Source: Rhodothermales bacterium
Lineage (GTDB): Bacteria > Bacteroidota > Rhodothermia > Rhodothermales > VXPQ01
NCBI GenBank assembly: GCA_040904565.1
Contig: JBBDTI010000030.1
Location: 59,772-123,771, forward strand
Direction of reading: 5' to 3'
Length of the DNA stretch: 64,000 bases
A program made the translations under genes and the position numbers. The notes under the pieces are model-generated. The model was not told the origin of the DNA, made no database searches, and worked only from the letters and a program-made list of their open reading frames with translations. Numbering within the stretch: position 1 is the stretch's first letter; every line of letters starts with the position of its first letter. This document shows positions 58,422 to 64,000 of this stretch, piece by piece.

Positions 58422-58741
58422 AAGATCTCCTTTTGTTCTTTGGGGGAAGATACCGGCTCCTGCCGTCTTTCTCAGATCAGCCTCTTAGCCATCCAACTGG
58501 TACAGCTTCTGGGGGGCGGCCCCAACGGCCTCTTGCGTAGCGGAGCAAGGCTTGCGGCGGTTTGCTGCAGCGTTATGTAGCGGTCTGGATCGTAAGCTGT
58601 TCTACGCGCGTGGGTTGGAAGGAGGTGGCGTGGGCGCGGTTGGGGGTTTTTGCCCCAGAAAGGGGGCGTTTCCGTAGCGGGAGGACAGACGTGTCCGCCG
58701 GCCCTTTGCGGGGCCTGGCTTCGCGGCGCCGGGCGGGCGGA

Positions 58742-59843
58742 TTAGGCGTAGTCGAAATCGAATGAGGTCTGAGGCCGTGGCCGTGGGGGCGCGACCGGCG
58801 GTGAGCGTGACGTGAGTCCTACGCCTTCGAGGTAGGTGCAAATCGCAGGCGGGTGCGTGAGCGCGGCGATGATCTTCATCGTACCGCCGCAGTCCGGGCA
58901 GAGCGTGACGTCGACGCGGAAGACGCGTGCGAGCAGGCGTGCCCAGGAGAGCCGGTAGGAGGGTCTAGGGTATGGGTTGAGGTCGCGTGGGAACACGGCG
59001 CCTCAGAACCGGCCTCTTCCGGACGGGGTCCCGGCACGATGTGCTCCCGCCCGGCAGCGTTCGGGGCGAGGACGCCGTGGTAGCGGACGAGGTTGAGGCG
59101 GGGACGTGGAATGAGGGTAGCGAGCTTTTACTAGCGTGAGTCGCACGCTGTGCGTGCTCGTCTCGATGAGTTCCAGAGGCGAGAGCAGCAGGTGCGGGCA
59201 CGAAGACGGGCGTGCCGCTGCGGCCTTCGACGAAGACGCCGTCGGGTATGAGGACGTGAAAGTGCGGGTTGAGGTTGAAGGCCGAGCCGCAGCGCTGCAC
59301 GAAAGTGACCGAGCCGCAGCGCGAGTCGTCGTGGCCATCTTCGCGAGCCCGACGCCGATACCAACCGTAGACCACCCGCAGGAAGACCGCCAACACGGCG
59401 CTGAGGAGGTCGCCGTCCCAAGCCAGCCGGAACCGGATCTCGTAGCGTAGACTGAGCACCTACTGACGCACCGGCACCTCCGGCAGCACCTCGTCAGTGA
59501 GTCGGGCGGCGGTGTCGGCCATGCGGCGCCCGGTGCAGCTCGGGCAGAAGCCGCGCTTCTTGCACGAGAAGGCCACGACGCGGCTTTGGCCGCAGTATTG
59601 ACAGCGAGCGCGCAGGAAGCCGAAAGAGAGAATCCCGCATTCCACGTAGGCCCGAAGTTCGCGTTCCACGTAGGCCGGGAGGTGACGGTCGGAGGATCGC
59701 GTGCGCTCCAGGAAGGTTTCCAGGTGTTCGGCCATCACCTGGTAGAGAGGTTCCGTCTCGGGTGTGCGGCGGTGGTAGCAATGGTGGAGTGTCGGCCTTC
59801 CGGCCGATCTGCGCTCGCCGGCAAAGGCTGGAAAGACAGGCAT
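58742..59843 (-). pseudogene. IS91-family HUH transposase with internal stop, frameshifts and deletion
   Basis: AFSCKKRGFCPSC zinc motif, LNPHFH (HUH), WARLLARVF..CPDCGG; TAG at 59460. Confidence 0.92.
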
Positions 59844-59910
59844 GCCCGACTCCTATTGAACAATCGAAGGTCGTGCCCGATCCTGTTGCGGGCCGCTCTA
59901 TTCACATAGA

Positions 59911-60160
59911 CACCGGGGCTGAACTCGGGGATGTCGGTGGTGAAGAGCTCGGTCACGTCCACCACCGGCGCGCCGGTGGCGCCGATCGCCTTCACGGGGA
60001 ACGACGCCAGCACCGGCGCCAGGCGCGCGTTCTGCACCGCGGTGTAGATGGGATCGGTGGAGTCGGCGGCGATCTCGTACATCTCGTTCCGCAAGAGCAC
60101 CCGATCGCCGACCCGCTCTCAGCGAACCACGCGGCTGTCGAGCTTCTGGCCGCCGCCCGT
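59911..60160 (-). pseudogene. Fragment of a DUF5117-type zinc metalloprotease gene
   Basis: GGQKLDSRVVR*ERVGDRVLLR..IAADSTDPI..VVDVTELFTTD. Confidence 0.6.
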
Positions 60161-60169
60161 CAAACGGTC

Positions 60170-61474
60170 TCAACGCCCGTCGTCGTAGGCCGGGCGCGGA
60201 GTGTCGTCGAGCGACCGGTAGCGCTCCAGGAGCGCCTTCTGGCGCGAGTTCTCCGGTTGGACCCGGCCGCGGATCACTACTGCGTCCGGCCAGGTGGAGA
60301 GCTCGAGCGGATCCCCGCTCCACACCACCAAGTTGGCGACCTTGCCGGGCTCAATCGAACCGTACCCGTCGGCGATCCCGTAGATTTCCGCGGGCGCAAG
60401 CGTGATCGCCCGCAGCGCGGCGTCCCACGGCAGCCCGAAACGAACGGCGTTGCCCGCCTCCTGGGTGATCTCGTTGGCGCGGTAGTTGTCGAACGTGGTG
60501 AACGCGATCGGCACCCCGGCGGCGTGGAGGATCGTGGCGTTGTCGAACCGGGCGCCGAGCTGCTCGAAGTCGCCGGGGAGGCTCGTCAGCGGCTTGAGGA
60601 TCACCGGAACGCCCGCCTCGGCAAGCCGGTCGGCGACCGTCCACGCCTCGCTGCCGCCCAGGATGACGGGCCGCACGCCGAACTCGCGGGCGAGCTCGAG
60701 CACGGCCAGGATGTCGCTCGGGCGGTGCGCCCGGACGATCAGCGGCATCGTCCCCTCCAGCACCGGCTGGAGCGCCTCGAGGTCGAGGCGCGACTGCGCC
60801 AGATCGCGCGACTGGCCGCGATCGAAGGCGGACCGGTTGGCGCGCCAGAAGCGGGCGTCCTCGAGGAGCTCGCGCATCCGCACGATCGCCCCGCCGCGAG
60901 CGCCGCCGGCCGCCGCGGCGCCGCTCTCGCCGTAGGAGGCGAGCATCGCCACGCGGGGCCGCACCAGCATCGCATCGGGGGTCTCGCCGGCGAGATCGAT
61001 CACTGCCGCCTGGCCGGCCACCAGCCCGCCGTTGGGGGTGGTGGCGACGGTGGTCAGACCGCCCGAGCGGGCGTAGGGGATCAGGGTCGACCACGGATTG
61101 AGCGCCACGCTCGGATCGAACGCGGCGGTGATCGGGTCGTCGTCGTCGGCCAGCCGCTGGTCGCGGGTCTGCGACACTAGGTCGACCTCGACCAGCCCGA
61201 TCTGGGAGTTGGGGTCGAACAGCCCGGGCGTCACGACCTTGCCGGCGCCGTCGATGCGCCGGACCGCGTCGGGGACGGCGACGTCGCTTCCGACGGCCGC
61301 GATCCGCCCGTCGCGGACGATGACGGTCGCATTCTCGATCGATGGCCCGCTCACGGGGTGGACGGTGGCCCCGACGATCGCGAGATCCTGCGCGTCGGAG
61401 CGATCGGGGAACAGCAGCAGGGCCGCCGCCGCGACGGCGGCGAAGAGCACGGTGTGGGAGATCCGGAAGCTCAT
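60170..61474 (-). CDS. Amidohydrolase family protein (second of a pair; HxH metal motif degenerate)
   Basis: Signal peptide, PGLFDPNSQIG, GSIEPGKVANLVVWSGDP; ATGA overlap with the upstream gene. Confidence 0.88.
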   Translation of the reverse strand: MSFRISHTVLFAAVAAAALLLFPDRSDAQDLAIVGATVHPVSGPSIENATVIVRDGRIAAVGSDVAVPDAVRRIDGAGKVVTPGLFDPNSQIGLVEVDLVSQTRDQRLADDDDPITAAFDPSVALNPWSTLIPYARSGGLTTVATTPNGGLVAGQAAVIDLAGETPDAMLVRPRVAMLASYGESGAAAAGGARGGAIVRMRELLEDARFWRANRSAFDRGQSRDLAQSRLDLEALQPVLEGTMPLIVRAHRPSDILAVLELAREFGVRPVILGGSEAWTVADRLAEAGVPVILKPLTSLPGDFEQLGARFDNATILHAAGVPIAFTTFDNYRANEITQEAGNAVRFGLPWDAALRAITLAPAEIYGIADGYGSIEPGKVANLVVWSGDPLELSTWPDAVVIRGRVQPENSRQKALLERYRSLDDTPRPAYDDGR

Positions 61475-62912
61475 TGCGACCCCCCTTCCGACGCGCTCGG
61501 CATCGGCAGGCCGGTCTCGAAGTCGGTGACGGGCTTGAGCCCGGTCAGCCGATCGTACACCAGCGCCCCGTCGATGAAGACCTGGTCGGCGTGGGAGTAG
61601 ACGCTGAACGGGTCTCCCGACCAGATCATCATGTCGGCATTCTTGCCGGGCTCGAGCGTGCCGGTCTTCTCCGACAGACCCAGCGCCCAGGCGGGATTGG
61701 CGGTGATCCACCGCAGCGCCGCGTCCCGGCTCACGTCGATCCCCGCGCGCCGCCCGGCCCACATCGCGTGGGCGGCATCCTGGTTCATGATCGGATCCCC
61801 ATCGCGTCGTCGGTGTGGAGGATCGCCGGCGCCCCGGCCTCCTCGAGCAGCGCCAGGTTCTGCGGCACCATGTCGAACGCCTCCATCTTGAACCCCCACC
61901 AATCGTACCACACGCTTGCGCCGATCGAGTCGCGGGCGAGCAGGTCACGGATCTTGTACGCCTCCACGCCGTGGTGGAACGAGCGCACCTGGAAGCCGAA
62001 CTCCCGCGACAGGTTGACCATGTTCGTCATGTCGTCGGAGCGGTAGCAGTGATTGTGGACCAGGACGTTGCCCCGCAGCACCTCGGCGAGGGTCTCGTTG
62101 GCGAGGTCCCGCGAGGGCTTCTCGCCGCCCTTTTCGACCCACTCGTCCCATTTCTTGCGGTACTCCTGGGCGGCGATGAACGCCTGGCGGTACCCCGCCC
62201 AGTTGCCCATCCGGGTCGACGGGCCGTCGTCGTCGTAGACCCGTTTGGGGTTCTCGCCGCACGCCATCTTGAGCGCCATCGGCGCGTTGGGCCACATCAT
62301 CGCCTGCGCGCTTCGGGCTGGGATCGGCTTCAACGTGACCCCCCGGCCGCCGATCAGGTTGGCGCTGCCGGGGAGGATCTGGAGCGTGGTGACCCCGCCG
62401 GCGATCGCGCGGGTGAAGCCCGGGTCGTTTGGCCACACCGAGTGAACCGCCCACACCTCGGCGGTCGTCGGGTCGGTGGCCTCGTTTCCCTCGGAATGGG
62501 CCGAGACGCTCGGCGACGGGTAGACCCCGAGATGCGAGTGGGTGTCGATGAGGACCGGCGTGACCCAGCGACCGGAGGCATCGATGACCTCGGCGCCGGC
62601 CGGCGCGTCCAGATTGGCGCCGACCGCCTCGATCCGGCCGTCGCGCATCAGCACGTCGCCCCCGGCGATCTCCTCGCCGGCGGCGGTCATGACGGTGGCG
62701 TCCTTGATCAGGGTCGGGCGCGAGGGGAGCGGCTCGTAGGTGGACTCCCAGGCGCCGTTCTGCATGCCGGCCAGGGCGCGACGCGTCTCGACCTCGCTGC
62801 GCGTTTCGTCGGTATCGTCGCTGGTTCGCGTCTGCGCGCCGGTGGTGGCGCAGCCCGCCACCAAGGCGATGAGTGCGCAGACGAGACCGGCTCGCTACCA
62901 GGGGTTTGCCAT
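61471..62912 (-). pseudogene. Amidohydrolase lipoprotein with early stop and frameshift
   Basis: ATG 62912, TAG at codon 6, lipobox VAG|[15 protein letters not shown]; 1-nt loss near 61792 (GIQIMNQ expected). Confidence 0.88.
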
Positions 62913-62945
62913 TCTTCCTCCATGGGCGCGATGAAGAGATGTCCG

Positions 62946-63277
62946 GCGGATAGGAAGAATAAACGGCTTCTTTCGTAGGGGTGCAAGGTCTGCGGTGGCC
63001 TGCCTGGCGTGTGCCGCAGTTTATTTGTAGCGGTCTGGATCGTAAGCCGTCATACGCGCGCAGGTCGGAAGGAGGTGGCGCGTGCGGTCAGGGCATTTCC
63101 CCCCCGGCGCGCGGGCGTTTCCTTAGCGGGAGGACGGACGTGTCCGCCAGACCTACTCCGTCGAGGTAGGTACGAGTCGAAGGGGGATCTGTCAGCGCGG
63201 CGATGAACTTCATCGTGCCGCCGCAGTCCGGACAGACCGTGACGTCGACGCGGAAGACGCGTGCGAGCAGGCGTGCC
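62946..63277 (-). mobile_element. ISCR/IS91-like remnant 2 (oriIS end plus 3' transposase fragment)
   Basis: Same 19-bp motif and non-coding region as element 1; ARLLARVFRVDVTVCPDCGGTMK. Confidence 0.85.
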
Positions 63278-63399
63278 TCAGGAACCACCAGGCGGCGGCA
63301 ATCTGTCGCCCGGACGCTCATCTACATTGCGATTGCTCGCCTCGGGCGATAGCTTTCGTCACGCATATCGCATCGACAAGTAACGTAACGGCCGGCATA

Positions 63400-64000
63400 A
63401 TGTCTCGTCTCCTCTGCTTCGTCACGCTCGCCGCCCTAGTAACCGCCTGGCCTGCAATCGCTCAGGAGGAGGATGCCGGCGGAGATGCCGCACTTCCCAT
63501 CGAGCCGGCCCGGACCATCGAATTCACGACCAACGAGGCAACCTGGCTCTCGCTCGACGTCTCGCCCGACGGGCAATCCATCCTCCTCGAGCTTCTGGGC
63601 GATCTCTACACGGTGCCCGTCGAGGGCGGTGAGGCGGCCCGCCTCACGAGCGGCATGGCATTCGACTCCCAGCCGCGCTACGCGCCCGACGGCGAGCGGA
63701 TCGCCTTCATCAGTGACCGCCACGGCTCCGAAAACCTGTGGATCATGGATGCCGACGGAACCGAACCGCGCAAGCTGAGCAGCGACGCCGACGCACTTTT
63801 CGCGTCACCCGCCTGGATGCCCGAGGGCGACTACGTCGTCGCGTCCCGCTCGACGTGGGGTTTGCGCACGTACGAGCTCTGGATGTATCACGTAGACGGC
63901 GGCAAGGGCGTCCGCGTCACGACCGCTAAATCGTCTGACGACACGCCCACATCCCAGCGGCATAACGCGCTCGGGGCGACCATATCGCACGACGGGCGCT
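63400..64000 (+). CDS. PD40/TolB-propeller protein, probably an amidohydrolase N-terminus (runs off window)
   Basis: Manual translation: signal peptide, TWLSLDVSPDG, QPRYAPDGERIAFISDR.GSENLW. Confidence 0.85.
   Translation, partial: MSRLLCFVTLAALVTAWPAIAQEEDAGGDAALPIEPARTIEFTTNEATWLSLDVSPDGQSILLELLGDLYTVPVEGGEAARLTSGMAFDSQPRYAPDGERIAFISDRHGSENLWIMDADGTEPRKLSSDADALFASPAWMPEGDYVVASRSTWGLRTYELWMYHVDGGKGVRVTTAKSSDDTPTSQRHNALGATISHDGR

Larger units (their letters stand above)
57195..58523 (-). mobile_element. Complete IS3-family element (1329 bp)
   Basis: 29-bp imperfect IRs at 57195-57223 and 58495-58523 (shared core TGTACCAGTT); AAC target duplication; orfA and orfB. Confidence 0.9.
57157..59910 (-). 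mobile_element. Degenerate ISCR/IS91-family rolling-circle element 1, interrupted by an IS3
   Basis: oriIS-like end downstream of an HUH transposase; 58527-58700 is homologous to 62965-63150; far boundary approximate. Confidence 0.8.

Noticed and set aside
59735-60100. 121-aa ORF as a real gene
   Set aside because: It is a metalloprotease fragment reading through into ISCR sequence
61475-61948. 158-aa N-terminal extension of the 592-aa ORF
   Set aside because: It is an off-frame read of the upstream amidohydrolase; the real start with a signal peptide is at 61474
28465-62912. Repeated in-frame TAG codons suggesting amber recoding
   Set aside because: The stops fall where different residues are expected (Trp, Gln, Glu), TAA and TGA stops and frameshifts also occur, and intact genes here end in TAG; ordinary decay fits better
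1-64000. tRNA, rRNA, riboswitches, integrase or prophage genes
   Set aside because: None recognised by eye; a covariance-model search would be needed to exclude small RNAs

Overview
GC-rich bacterial window. Two giant proteins end in a type IX secretion C-terminal domain (NYPNPFNP...), which suggests an FCB-group organism, possibly Rhodothermales-like (inference). 1-17.8 kb: an intact surface-glycan locus with an epimerase, six glycosyltransferases (WecB/TagA-type, GT2, GT4, GT61), a PglK-like ABC exporter, a Wzy/ligase-like protein and about eight sulfotransferase-fold genes. 17.8-28.3 kb: three related large exported proteins (malectin/PKD/Kelch, or Ig-like plus a sugar-dehydrogenase-type propeller). 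One carries an 807-bp internal tandem duplication and probably starts at ATT; the block is bracketed by IS3-type end remnants. 28.4-64 kb: an accessory mosaic with toxin-antitoxin-like pairs, two ATPase genes preceded by strictly periodic short repeats, an Rrf2-DoxX unit, a TonB receptor, a sulfatase, an apparently exported aldolase-dehydratase-symporter operon, a cation-chloride cotransporter, many pseudogenes and fused gene fragments, and two ISCR/IS91-like remnants, one interrupted by a complete IS3-family element. No rRNA, tRNA or CRISPR array was seen. All product calls rest on motif recognition by eye, not database searches.
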